A stretch of DNA of 64,000 nucleotides, taken from positions 333,741-397,740 of the IMG/VR virus record IMGVR_UViG_3300017565_000001; one strand, 5' to 3'. Both the position numbers and the translations under genes were made by a program. The notes below the pieces were generated by a model. It was not told the origin of the DNA. It saw nothing but the letters and a program-made list of their open reading frames with translations, and did no database searches. This document shows, in pieces, positions 46,910-56,942 of this stretch. Origin of the DNA: a virus (taxonomy: Duplodnaviria > Heunggongvirae > Uroviricota > Caudoviricetes). The first letter of the stretch is position 1, and the number at the start of each line of letters is the position of its first letter.

Positions 46910-47733
46910 TTGGCAGGGTCAAACTCAACAATGGTTTCCCAGGTCTTAGAGCATTGCGAACACGTAACCGAGTGTTTCTTATTGATACCGGCTTCGTTGA
47001 TTTCCTTCAGCTTGTTTTCCAAAGCGTGTGTTTGGTTTAGATCGATGTTGTGAATGAACTCGTCAATAAACTGTCGTTCGGTAACTGTGCCACCTGGTGT
47101 GACAACTCGTTCCACGCATTCAGCGATCATCTGAACGTTCATGTCATTGAGTACCTTATAGCTTTGATTGATGAACGATTGACGTTCATCATCAGAGACT
47201 TCAAGGTTGTCCAACAACTGAAGTTTTCTGGTTTCTTGGAACACTGTTGAACTTGCTTTGGTGCTGTTATGCAGGTTGAACGGACGCAAATACACGTTCA
47301 ACTCATCACTTAGGCGAACCAAATACTCGTCCTCCAATGGTGCAACGGTATCCAGAATACCGTTGATGTTGAATTCATAAGCGTTTTCTGCACCACAATG
47401 TGGGCATTCGCTTTCAATGGTCATCATTTCGCCGTATGTTGATGCTCTGATACCCAACAGAATAGCGTCAACGTCTGGACTTGGTAGTTGGCGTGGATCC
47501 TTGATAGCAGGGCAGCAACTCTTGATAACTTCCTCAATAGCCATACCACTCATCAGAGCATCAGGGCTTTTCATAAGTAGTTCATCTTGAGCACGCATGG
47601 CCATAATTGGCAACTCACCGGTAGCCGTTAGGTTGATGTTGCCTGCGTCTTGAAAACGACCGTTGCTTGGTAGCTTGATGTGAACACCAGGCAAACGGAA
47701 ATATTTTTGTAGCGGATTAATTTGTTGGTCCAT
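46888..47733 (-). CDS. gp26: baseplate hub assembly chaperone gp26-like
   Basis: NPL..YFR.P...I.LPS.G, D.DAIL..IR..TYGE, CPHC and CSQC zinc knuckles, C-terminal FDPANFF. Confidence 0.8.
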   Translation of the reverse strand: MDQQINPLQKYFRLPGVHIKLPSNGRFQDAGNINLTATGELPIMAMRAQDELLMKSPDALMSGMAIEEVIKSCCPAIKDPRQLPSPDVDAILLGIRASTYGEMMTIESECPHCGAENAYEFNINGILDTVAPLEDEYLVRLSDELNVYLRPFNLHNSTKASSTVFQETRKLQLLDNLEVSDDERQSFINQSYKVLNDMNVQMIAECVERVVTPGGTVTERQFIDEFIHNIDLNQTHALENKLKEINEAGINKKHSVTCSQCSKTWETIVEFDPANFFGQGS

Positions 47734-47832
47734 AAAGTCTCACGTTAAAGACATGTGTCAAGTATTTAGTCAGCTGATTATCTGAGCACTTAATTCTTTC
47801 ACTAAATATTTGATATTCATTAGAGAATCAGT

Positions 47833-50334
47833 ATGGCTGACATTTCCCAACAAGATCTACAGAATTTGACAGATGCGATTAATCGCCTATCTGGCGGTAA
47901 CCGGATGGGCAATTCCAACCGTACTGGTTATTCGTCAAGTTCTGGTTCTGACGATAAAGCGGTATCTGGTAAGAAGAAAGAATTTGTCAAAGGAATGGAC
48001 AACGTCGTAAATGCGATGTCCAAGAGCGACAAAGAATTCAACAATCTGTACAAGTCCACCAAAGACGTAGCCGGACAAACTAAAGAGTTGGCCGCCAACT
48101 TCAAGTCAATGGCTGCTTGGATTGCACTGGTTGGTACCGCTACCACTTCAGCAGTGAATGCGGTAAATGCAAGCGTTGACACATATCGAGACATGTCTAA
48201 TGTGGGCCAGACGTTTACTGGTTCCATGTTGAAGATGCAGATGGCAGCGGCTGATGCAGCTCTACCACTGGCTGATTTTGCCAAGCTTATCAAGGATAAT
48301 GCTATGGCGGCCGCAGTTATTGGTACAAAGGGTTTGGGTGATATGAGCAAGGGACTTCGTGCTAGTTTGCGCGAATTTGACCTCTTGAACCTCACTACTC
48401 AAGACTTGAATGATTATCTGTCTGAATATACCGAAACACAACGACTGTACGGTAATTTGCAGAATCTCAACCAAATGCAAGCTACCAGCTCCATGAAGGA
48501 TCTAGCCATTGAGACCACGAAGCTATCTCAAATGACTGGTAAGAATCGTATGGATATCATCAAGCAAACGGCTCAGGCGTTGCGTGATGACAGTATGATT
48601 TCCCTTCAGTTGATGAACAGTGGGCGAAATCTACAGGAATTCAACGACAGTACTCAGAAGGCGATTGCGCATTTGGCCGCCTTGCCTGGTGAAGCTGGTA
48701 CCCTGATGTCCAGTATGCTGTCGCAAACCATTGGTAGGGGTTCGGCAGAATTGACTGACATGTCATCCGATCTCATCAAGGGTGGTATGTACGGCATCAA
48801 CTCCATGATGAATGAGATGGCCGAAAAGGTCAAAAAGGGTGAAATGCCCGACATGGAGGAGTTCAGAGATCGCTTTGTAGCAGAAGCCAAACAGAATATG
48901 TCAGCTATCAAATGGCAGGCTGACACTGGTAATCAATACGCCAAGAAGATTGTTCAAATGGTTGGTCAGATGTCCAACTTGACTGGCAAACAATTGGCTG
49001 ATTTGACGAAGCAACAGGCTATCACCAGCACGGTGATGCGCCTGCAGGACACGTTCAACAATTTCTCAGGCTTCCTTAGAACAAAATTCTTCACTGCCGT
49101 GGAAGAAATTTTCAAGGCATTCGACAATTCTAAATTGAAACCACAGCTAGAAGCATTGGGTGCTCGCTTTGGTGAATTGATGGATCGCTTCGGAACGTTC
49201 CTCACTAAGGTATTCTCACCAGAAAACTTGTTGTCTATGGGTAACAAGTTGACATCTTTCCTGGATGGTGTTGGGACGGCATTGCCCAAATTCCTGGAGG
49301 TGGCTGGATCATTGAGCGAAAAGTTCATAGCTGTTGTGAAACCCATGATTGAAGGATTTTCGTGGATACATGACAAATTTGGTCTTCTGGGTACTGCGGC
49401 TGCTGGTCTCGTTGCTTATTTGGGTGTAAAGGGTGTCGGTGGCTTGTTGGGTGGCTACATGGCCAAAATCAAGGGTGGCCTTTCCGAGAAATTCAACGTG
49501 GGTCACGGTATTGATAATGTCGGGATTCAAAATGGTGGTTTGAAGGTTTGGGTCGTTAATAACGGCAATGGTGGTTTTGATAGAGGATCACGAGGTCGAG
49601 GAAGAAAATCTGGCCCAAGACCCAACAGACCCGGTTCCAGAAATCGTGGTGGGTCAGTCAATAGACCAGCCGGAAGAGCCGGCGGCATTGCTGGTGAAGC
49701 TGCAAACAAATCTGGTGGTTTCTTCAAGAGGGCCGCAAAAGGTGTTGGTAATATCGTCGGTAAGACTGGTGGACTTTGGGGCAAACTTCCAGGACTGGCT
49801 AAAGGTGGTGCCCTGGGTATTGGTGCTAGTTTGGCTCTAGACGCACTTCCAGATTTCGCTGGTAAGAAGGTTTTGAGCGCAGGTTCAAACATCGCAGGTA
49901 TGGCTTCTACTGGGGCCGCTATTGGTAGCATTATTCCAGGTGCTGGTACTCTGATTGGTGGTTTGGTGGGCGGTGGTCTGGGCGCTATCAAGGAAGCTTA
50001 TGACAATTGGGATGACATCACCAAGACTACCAGCAGTATTTGGGACGGTGCAAAGAATATGGTTAGTGGATGGTTTGGTCCATCGGTGTCAGCCCCAATC
50101 ACACCAAAAACGCCTGATATGCCAAAGCCTGATAACACGGTAATGTCGGAGCGTGAACAGCAACAAATGAAGGACATGCTCAATAAGGCAATGGAATCGA
50201 ATCAGAGTGCCATGATTGAATATTTGTTGAACAAGAATACCTCTGAATCAACTCTGTTGGCCATGCAGATGATCGAAGAACTTAAGAAGATGAACAGAAC
50301 CAACAAGTCGATCGCCGACAATACGGATCAGTGA
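47833..50334 (+). CDS. probable tape measure protein (gp29-like)
   Basis: Long, alpha-helical, Ala/Gly/Met-rich; hydrophobic Gly-rich segments (GAAIGSIIPGAGT.IGG..GG..G); adjacent to the chaperone gene and portal. Confidence 0.65.
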   Translation: MADISQQDLQNLTDAINRLSGGNRMGNSNRTGYSSSSGSDDKAVSGKKKEFVKGMDNVVNAMSKSDKEFNNLYKSTKDVAGQTKELAANFKSMAAWIALVGTATTSAVNAVNASVDTYRDMSNVGQTFTGSMLKMQMAAADAALPLADFAKLIKDNAMAAAVIGTKGLGDMSKGLRASLREFDLLNLTTQDLNDYLSEYTETQRLYGNLQNLNQMQATSSMKDLAIETTKLSQMTGKNRMDIIKQTAQALRDDSMISLQLMNSGRNLQEFNDSTQKAIAHLAALPGEAGTLMSSMLSQTIGRGSAELTDMSSDLIKGGMYGINSMMNEMAEKVKKGEMPDMEEFRDRFVAEAKQNMSAIKWQADTGNQYAKKIVQMVGQMSNLTGKQLADLTKQQAITSTVMRLQDTFNNFSGFLRTKFFTAVEEIFKAFDNSKLKPQLEALGARFGELMDRFGTFLTKVFSPENLLSMGNKLTSFLDGVGTALPKFLEVAGSLSEKFIAVVKPMIEGFSWIHDKFGLLGTAAAGLVAYLGVKGVGGLLGGYMAKIKGGLSEKFNVGHGIDNVGIQNGGLKVWVVNNGNGGFDRGSRGRGRKSGPRPNRPGSRNRGGSVNRPAGRAGGIAGEAANKSGGFFKRAAKGVGNIVGKTGGLWGKLPGLAKGGALGIGASLALDALPDFAGKKVLSAGSNIAGMASTGAAIGSIIPGAGTLIGGLVGGGLGAIKEAYDNWDDITKTTSSIWDGAKNMVSGWFGPSVSAPITPKTPDMPKPDNTVMSEREQQQMKDMLNKAMESNQSAMIEYLLNKNTSESTLLAMQMIEELKKMNRTNKSIADNTDQ

Positions 50335-50376
50335 TTTTCTGAGAACTAAATACCAGCATAATTTTGTGAGCATTTA

Positions 50377-52149
50377 ATGTCCTGGAAAAAGCATTTTAGA
50401 GTAGTAACTGTTCCAAACGCGAACACCAGTAAGCCGAATTCGTCTTCGGGTGAGAGTTCGGCTTCGCACGGATCCGGCTCAAAGTTTTCCAGCTATCTGC
50501 CAGAAATCTACGCCGGCCATCCAAACCGCATTCAACGATACATGCAGTATGATGACATGGATCGTGACAGTGTGATCAACGCAGCTCTTGATACGATTGC
50601 TGACTTCTGTACTCAAAGCGAAGAGCACACGGATTCACAATTTGAAGTCAATTATTTGGGCGAAGCAAACGAAACAGAAGTAAAGATTCTGAAGACGACA
50701 CTTCAAAAGTGGACCAGATTGAATGACTTCCGTCAACGTCTTTGGTACATCTTCCGTGGTGTTATCAAGAACGGTGATCAATTCTTCGTGCGTGATCCTG
50801 AAACCAAGGAATGGTTGTGGATTGATCATTACAACGTTGACTTGGTGAAGGTTGACGAGGCCAAAGGCCGTGAACCTGTTGAATATGTGGTCCGTAATCT
50901 GGACTACAACAAGCAAGCAAAGCTTGCTACTAAGCCTGCCAACAACAGTGACTATGGCGTAAACGGAGTCAGTGCTGGCATTGCCAGAGGCCCGTTGAGC
51001 ACGCCAGGTGCTGGTGCGGGAACCAGCTTCAACCTGGCCGGTAGTGATGCGTCAGTGCCTCATGGTAATCAACCCACTAACGAAGTATCGGTTATCGACG
51101 CCAAACACGTCGTTCACCTAAGCTTGAGTGTGGGTATGGACAATAACTGGCCCTTCGGTTCTTCGATTCTGGAGTCAGTGTTCAAGGTATTCAAGCAAAA
51201 GGAACTGTTGGAAGACGCGGTAATCATCTATCGCGTGCAACGTGCCCCAGAACGTCGAATCTTTAAGATTGACGTGGGTAATATGAATCCCGTTATGGCT
51301 AATGCTCATATCGAGCGTATCAAGAACGAGATCCATCAACGTCGCATTCCAAACAGGACTGGAGGCGGCAGTTCAGTCATGGACGCTGCCTACAATCCCT
51401 TGAGTATGTTGGAAGACTATTTCTTTGCCGTAACGCCAGAAGGCCGTGGTTCGACTATTGACACCCTTCCTGGGGGCGATGCAACGGGTGAAATTGGTGA
51501 CCTGAGCTTCTTTGATAAAAAGCTCAAGGATGCTCTGCGTATCCCGTCATCGTACTTGCCTGGTGCAAACGAGCAAGGTGCCGCTTATAACGACGGCAAG
51601 TTGGGCGCTGCCATGATTCAAGAATTCCGCTTTAACAAATACTGCATGAGGCTGCAAAGCTTGCTGTCCCCAGTATTTGACCGAGAATTCAAGGCGTTCT
51701 TGAAAGAAAGTGGTATTATGATTGACGAGAGCTTGTTTGAGCTGAACTTCAATCCGCCACAAAACTTCGCCAAATATCGCCAAGTGGATCTGGACTCTGC
51801 GCAAATGGGCGTTTACAGCCAGATCGCAGACAACAAGCGTTTGAGTGAGCGTTTCAAGCTGAAGCGCTTCTTGAACCTTACTGAAGAAGAACTGTTGGAA
51901 AACGAACGCTTGTGGGCTGAAGAAAACCCCAGCAAGATGAAGGCCGCAACTGGTGCCACAGAAATGGGTCCTGGTGGTGGTGACGGTCTCTCGAGTGTTG
52001 GTGTTCGTTCTGGTGGTGACGACTTCGGTGACTTTGCTGATGATGGTGATGCAACGGAAGAAATTGGTGGTGATGAGGGTGACGGTGGTACAGACACTGA
52101 AGCCACGGTTGATGCAGTTGACACCACGCCTGACGATACGGAGACATGA
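50377..52149 (+). CDS. gp20: portal protein gp20
   Basis: EDAVIIYRVQRAPERRIF.IDVGNM, EDYFF, GRGS.I.TLPGG, L.IP.SYL; acidic C-terminal tail. Confidence 0.95.
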   Translation: MSWKKHFRVVTVPNANTSKPNSSSGESSASHGSGSKFSSYLPEIYAGHPNRIQRYMQYDDMDRDSVINAALDTIADFCTQSEEHTDSQFEVNYLGEANETEVKILKTTLQKWTRLNDFRQRLWYIFRGVIKNGDQFFVRDPETKEWLWIDHYNVDLVKVDEAKGREPVEYVVRNLDYNKQAKLATKPANNSDYGVNGVSAGIARGPLSTPGAGAGTSFNLAGSDASVPHGNQPTNEVSVIDAKHVVHLSLSVGMDNNWPFGSSILESVFKVFKQKELLEDAVIIYRVQRAPERRIFKIDVGNMNPVMANAHIERIKNEIHQRRIPNRTGGGSSVMDAAYNPLSMLEDYFFAVTPEGRGSTIDTLPGGDATGEIGDLSFFDKKLKDALRIPSSYLPGANEQGAAYNDGKLGAAMIQEFRFNKYCMRLQSLLSPVFDREFKAFLKESGIMIDESLFELNFNPPQNFAKYRQVDLDSAQMGVYSQIADNKRLSERFKLKRFLNLTEEELLENERLWAEENPSKMKAATGATEMGPGGGDGLSSVGVRSGGDDFGDFADDGDATEEIGGDEGDGGTDTEATVDAVDTTPDDTET

Positions 52150-52382
52150 TGAGACTGAATGAATTTGAATCACCAATGCCTAAGGGCATGTATGACCCCA
52201 GAGAAGACGCAGTATCTATGGCACATCTGGATGACACCAGAAAGCCACGTCTGACTCTCAGGGACTTGAATCGCCTAAAGAAACTCAGGGCTTTCCGAAA
52301 GCTCCAGGACTTGAAACGAAGAGACTCACTTTCCACTATCTACGGACAGGGCGAAGGTGACGATGACGGTGGCGACTTCTAA
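52146..52382 (+). CDS. small head-associated protein
   Basis: ATGA overlap with portal; DTRKPRLTL..LNRL.K.R; MRLNE-type N-terminus. Confidence 0.7.
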   Translation: MMRLNEFESPMPKGMYDPREDAVSMAHLDDTRKPRLTLRDLNRLKKLRAFRKLQDLKRRDSLSTIYGQGEGDDDGGDF

Positions 52383-52404
52383 ACCGTAAAGGGTCTTATT
52401 TAAT

Positions 52405-52430
52405 AGAAAACGCGGAATTCCGCGTTTTCT
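52405..52430 (+). terminator. terminator-like palindrome
   Basis: AGAAAACGCGG-AATT-CCGCGTTTTCT. Confidence 0.65.
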
Positions 52431-52493
52431 TCGTGCCATTTTTAAATACAAAGTAAATAGAGCGAACATCTGTTTGTTCTAGGGAGAAATTAA

Positions 52494-53762
52494 ATGCGTT
52501 CAATTTTGGAAAAAGCTCTGGTAGCTCTTATCAACGAGGATAAGGAGACGGCCGATAAGCTTTTCCATGACTTCGTTCTTGAGCGTTCACGCCAGATTCA
52601 CGAATCTATTCGTCAGGGCGAGGACTTTGTTCTTGATGAGGGTCTGGAAGACAGTATCGCCGTAGAAGATATGTTTAGTACGCCAAGCCAAATTGGTGAA
52701 ATGAAGGGTCCTTATGGTGACGATGACGATCCTGAGGATTACGTTGAAGACGACAACGAACTCGACGAAGACGAGTTCCAGGAACCCAATAAGGCTGAAC
52801 TTATTGATATGGGTTACGAGGTAAGCAAGCTGTCGCCACACATGCTAAACAACCACGAATACGAGCGTGGCGGCCAATGGTGGGAAGTCACCAAGTTCAA
52901 CCAAAACGGTGATGCCGTAACGGTTGCTCGAGTACCAGGTGTTGAAATCGATGCTTGGGATGCTGCACAAGAGCACGCCAACGGCGGTGGTAGCATGGTT
53001 GAAGGCAAGTCATACAAGCGCAACCGCGATGACGACGCCGATGAAAAGAAGAAGCAGGACAAGGACCAATCCAAGGCCCGCCAGCAAAAGCGCGAACCCG
53101 TCGAAGAAGGCAAGACTTTCAAGCACGATGACGAAGATGGCGATGCTAAGGACAAGAAGAAGGCTGATCAAAAGAAGCGCGACGAGAAGAAGTCGAAGCG
53201 TGAACCTGTTGAAGAAGGCCAACTGACCGCCACTCAAGGTGACGACGGCGTCCTGACTATTGTTCACGAACCAGAAGGTGCTGCTGTTCCTATGGCCGCC
53301 CCTGTAGTGGAACCCGTTGTTGGTGGCGAAATGGCACCAGAAACGGATATGGATATGGACTTGGATCCAGGCGTTGACGAATTTGATTCGGTTTCCGATG
53401 ACGAATTCTCAGCTCTGGGTGAGTCTCTGGTTTCTGAACTGGAAAAGATCATCGTCACCAACAAGGATGGCGAAGAAGCTGGTAATGGTAAGGCAGTGAA
53501 GCAAGAACGTCATAGCCCAACACCTAACCGTAACGCTGATGATCGTGTCGACCATGCCGCCCCCGTGGAAGTAAAGGGTGACGAGCACAATGGTTTCGAT
53601 CGTGAAACTTCCCCATCGGTTGAAGGTTCGAAGGTTCGCCAGAACGCTTTCAAGCAGGGTAAGGACTCGTTGGATGCAGTAAAGGATGGTGGTGACACCA
53701 AGGCTTTGCTGAATCAACTGGGTGACGACAAATCGGCCAAGAGCCCAATCGCTGGTAAGTAA
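52494..53762 (+). CDS. acidic prohead core/internal protein, copy 1
   Basis: Between portal and protease; MRSILEKALVALINEDK..A..LFH.FVLERSRQIHES.RQGED; highly acidic. Confidence 0.7.
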   Translation: MRSILEKALVALINEDKETADKLFHDFVLERSRQIHESIRQGEDFVLDEGLEDSIAVEDMFSTPSQIGEMKGPYGDDDDPEDYVEDDNELDEDEFQEPNKAELIDMGYEVSKLSPHMLNNHEYERGGQWWEVTKFNQNGDAVTVARVPGVEIDAWDAAQEHANGGGSMVEGKSYKRNRDDDADEKKKQDKDQSKARQQKREPVEEGKTFKHDDEDGDAKDKKKADQKKRDEKKSKREPVEEGQLTATQGDDGVLTIVHEPEGAAVPMAAPVVEPVVGGEMAPETDMDMDLDPGVDEFDSVSDDEFSALGESLVSELEKIIVTNKDGEEAGNGKAVKQERHSPTPNRNADDRVDHAAPVEVKGDEHNGFDRETSPSVEGSKVRQNAFKQGKDSLDAVKDGGDTKALLNQLGDDKSAKSPIAGK

Positions 53763-53769
53763 TGTGAAT

Positions 53770-53793
53770 TTGGCGGAGCAAATGCTCCGCCAA
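53770..53793 (+). terminator. hairpin between the core-protein paralogs
   Basis: TTGGCGGAGCA-AA-TGCTCCGCCAA. Confidence 0.55.
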
Positions 53794-53938
53794 TCTTCGT
53801 GCCAGCCATTTGTTAAATAAAGACAGTTATTTGCTGAAACTGATGATTATTCATCGCTATTTTCGGCGAGTAAAAAGTAGGTAGTAAATAACAATGAACA
53901 TTCGCCAGCGTTTGTTCATAAGAAATAGGGAGACTAAT

Positions 53939-54877
53939 ATGCGTTCAATTTTGGAAAAAGCACTGGTTGCTCTTATCAACGAAGATAAGGACCAGGCTGA
54001 TGCTTTGTTCCACGAATTCGTTCTCGAACGTTCTCGCCAGATTCATGAATCACTGCGTCAAGGCGAAGATATGATTTTGGACGAAAACTGGGAACAATCT
54101 CTCGCCATCGACGAAATGTTTTCGGAAGCTGATCTGTTGGAAGCTGACGAAGACGAAGGTGATGACGAAGTTGTCGGCGCTGAAGGCGACGACACTGTGG
54201 AAGGCGACGATGAAGCTGAAGGCGATCAAGCCGATGCTGATGAAGAAGCCGAAGATGAAGAAGATGAGGAAGGTGAAGACGAAGGTGATGAGCCTATCGA
54301 AGATCGCGTTTCCGACCTGGAAGCCCAACTGGCTGAACTGACTGCTGAATTCGACGCTCTGATGGGCGATGAAGAAGTCGTTGGTGACGAAGTTATGGTC
54401 CCAGAACTCGGTGATGACGAAGTCGAAGAAGGCGAACTGGATATCACGCAAAGTGATAACGGTGACATGACCATCACGCACCACCCCGATGATGTAGCTG
54501 CCATGGATGACGAGCAATTCGAATCCCTGGGTGAGTCGATCGTCGATGAACTCGAAGACGTTTCAGTTAAGCACGCTGAAGGTATGACGACTGACGGCAA
54601 GCTGCCAGTTGACACCAAGGGCCGTGCATTGAGCAACAAGCACGAAGACCGTCTTGCTGGCGAGCCAGTTGAGATCAAGTCGAGCCAACACAACGGCTAC
54701 GAGCGTGAAGCTGCTCCTAAGAACGACACAATGAAACCACGTCGCAACACTGTCAAGAAGTCGACTGATGGTCAATCCAAGGTATCCAAGGAAGGCGACA
54801 AATCCGCCGTTCTAAATACTGGTAAGGAAGACACGTCTGCTTTGAAGGGCTTGTTTGACAAGAAATTGGCGAAGTAA
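53939..54877 (+). CDS. acidic prohead core/internal protein, copy 2
   Basis: Near-identical N-terminus to copy 1; AGGGAG SD before ATG 53939. Confidence 0.7.
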   Translation: MRSILEKALVALINEDKDQADALFHEFVLERSRQIHESLRQGEDMILDENWEQSLAIDEMFSEADLLEADEDEGDDEVVGAEGDDTVEGDDEAEGDQADADEEAEDEEDEEGEDEGDEPIEDRVSDLEAQLAELTAEFDALMGDEEVVGDEVMVPELGDDEVEEGELDITQSDNGDMTITHHPDDVAAMDDEQFESLGESIVDELEDVSVKHAEGMTTDGKLPVDTKGRALSNKHEDRLAGEPVEIKSSQHNGYEREAAPKNDTMKPRRNTVKKSTDGQSKVSKEGDKSAVLNTGKEDTSALKGLFDKKLAK

Positions 54878-54880
54878 ATC

Positions 54881-55516
54881 ATGAAGAATTTTCTAACAGA
54901 ACGACTGACGTTTGACCAAGCTGGACTGAAGGTCGAAATCTCGGAAGCTGCTGACGCAACGACCGGTATCCGCCCCCTGTTCATGAATGGTATTTTCGTT
55001 CAAGGTGGCGTCCGCAACCTGAACGAACGCGTCTATCCCGTATCGGAAATCCGTCGCGCTGTGGAAAATGTTAATGAGATTCTGGGTCGCGGAGAGAGTG
55101 TTCTGGGTGAAGCTGATCACCCAGAAGAACTCAACATCAACCTGGATCGAGTTAGCCACATGATTACGCAGATGTGGATGGATGGTCCTAACGGGATGGG
55201 GAAATTGAAGATCCTACCCACCCCAATGGGCAACATCGTAAGAACACTGCTGGAAAGCGGTGTGAAGCTGGGTGTTTCCAGCCGTGGTAGCGGCAACGTT
55301 ACTGATGGTGGTGAAGTATCCGACTTCCAGATCGTGACGGTTGACATCGTTGCGCGTCCGAGCGCTCCTAACGCCTATCCGCAGGCAGTTTATGAAGCTC
55401 GCAACGCAAGACGTGGCGCAATCATCGAAGACCTGGCTCAAGCTGTACAGCATGACGCCAAGGCCCAACAACACCTGAAGAAGGAATTGTTGGACTGGAT
55501 CAATAAATTGAAATAA
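54881..55516 (+). CDS. gp21: prohead protease gp21
   Basis: GIF.Q...RN.N.RVYP, GE.DHP, VSH.I, TPMG.I, GVSSRG.G, D.VA.PSAP.A. Confidence 0.95.
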   Translation: MKNFLTERLTFDQAGLKVEISEAADATTGIRPLFMNGIFVQGGVRNLNERVYPVSEIRRAVENVNEILGRGESVLGEADHPEELNINLDRVSHMITQMWMDGPNGMGKLKILPTPMGNIVRTLLESGVKLGVSSRGSGNVTDGGEVSDFQIVTVDIVARPSAPNAYPQAVYEARNARRGAIIEDLAQAVQHDAKAQQHLKKELLDWINKLK

Positions 55517-55526
55517 GGGGTGGTCC

Positions 55527-56924
55527 ATGGATAACATCGTAAAGAAATTGTTTGAAGCTGGATTGCTCAGTGAAGACGACCAAAAGTCTCTTCAAGAATC
55601 TTTTGACGCTCGTATTGCTGAAGCTAAGGCCGACGCAGAAAGCCAAGTCCGTTCGGAAATGGCTGCACGTTACGAGCAAGACAAGAGTTCCTTGGTAGAA
55701 GCTATGGAACACGCTTTCACTGACGTAGTTCAGAAACACGAAGCCGACAAGGCTGCTGAAGTTGCAAAGCTTCAAGAAGCCCGTGCTGCTTTCGAATCCG
55801 CTAAGGCTGGTTTGCAAGCTCAGTACAAGGCAAAAATCAAGGAACGCACCCAGGTTTTGGAATCTTTCGTGCTGAACAAGTTGAGCTCCGAGCTCGGCGA
55901 ATTCATGCAAGACAAGAATGCCGTTTCGGAAATGCGCGTCAAGTACGCAGCCGCTCTGGCTGAATGCAAGACCGCATACAAGGCTCGCATGTCTGAAAAC
56001 ATGCAGCTGATGCGTAAGTTTGTGCTTGAAAAGCTGGAAGGCGAACTGGCAACCCTGCGTGAGCAGCAAGCCGCGTTTGTTCAGCAAAAGGCCGAAGTCG
56101 TCAAGGAAGCTGCTGACGTCAAGGCTGCCCTGCAAGCTCAATATGCTGACCGCATCGCAAAGATGGACAAGTTTGTTGTGTCCAAGGTTGCTGCCGAACT
56201 GCGTGAATTCCAAGAAGACAAGCGTGCCCTCGTTGAAAAGAAGGTTCAACTGGTTGCTGAATCCCGTGAAAAGCTCGCTGAAACCCAGCGTACTTTCATC
56301 AAGGAAGCTGCAAAGTTGGTTGACCAGAAAGTCACCGAGTCACTCAAGACTGAGCTGTCTCAGTTGCACGAAGACCTGGAAGCGAATCGTCAGAACATGT
56401 TTGGTCGCCGTATTTTCGAAGCGGTTGCCAGCGAGTTCATGTCGAGCTACTTTGCAGAAGGTACGGAGTTGAAGAAGCTAGAGAAGGTTATGGAAGCTCA
56501 AGCTGCTGAACTCGCCAATGCTAAGAAGCTGTTGCAAGAATCCAAACTTCAAATCGACGTAGCTTCGCGTAAGGCAAAGCTGGCCGAAGAGAAGGCAAGC
56601 CGTACACAAGTCATGGGTGAGCTGTTGTCGCCACTGGCTCGTGATAAGCGCGCCGTAATGCAGGAATTGCTGGAATCAGTCAAAACCGCAGGACTTCGTG
56701 ACGCTTTCAATAAATATCTTCCAGCAGTCCTCAGTGAGGCCAGCAAGAAGAACGTTCAACAATCACGCCAAACTTTGAGTGAAGCGCCTGTTGAGAAGAA
56801 GAGCACTGTAGCTATTACTGGCGACCAGCGCATTAACCGACTGACCGAATCGGTCAAGGCTGAAGGTTCAGAAGCCGTGTCAGAGATGACCGCAGAAATT
56901 CTGAAACTAGCCGGTATCAAGTAA
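55527..56924 (+). CDS. gp22: prohead scaffolding protein gp22-like
   Basis: Long Glu/Ala/Lys-rich coiled coil between protease and capsid genes. Confidence 0.8.
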   Translation: MDNIVKKLFEAGLLSEDDQKSLQESFDARIAEAKADAESQVRSEMAARYEQDKSSLVEAMEHAFTDVVQKHEADKAAEVAKLQEARAAFESAKAGLQAQYKAKIKERTQVLESFVLNKLSSELGEFMQDKNAVSEMRVKYAAALAECKTAYKARMSENMQLMRKFVLEKLEGELATLREQQAAFVQQKAEVVKEAADVKAALQAQYADRIAKMDKFVVSKVAAELREFQEDKRALVEKKVQLVAESREKLAETQRTFIKEAAKLVDQKVTESLKTELSQLHEDLEANRQNMFGRRIFEAVASEFMSSYFAEGTELKKLEKVMEAQAAELANAKKLLQESKLQIDVASRKAKLAEEKASRTQVMGELLSPLARDKRAVMQELLESVKTAGLRDAFNKYLPAVLSEASKKNVQQSRQTLSEAPVEKKSTVAITGDQRINRLTESVKAEGSEAVSEMTAEILKLAGIK

Positions 56925-56942
56925 ACCAGGAGTGATATAAAA

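Noticed and set aside
54140-54300. GAA/GAT/GAC-rich low-complexity tract as a DNA repeat element
   Set aside because: Fully explained by coding for an acidic Glu/Asp linker
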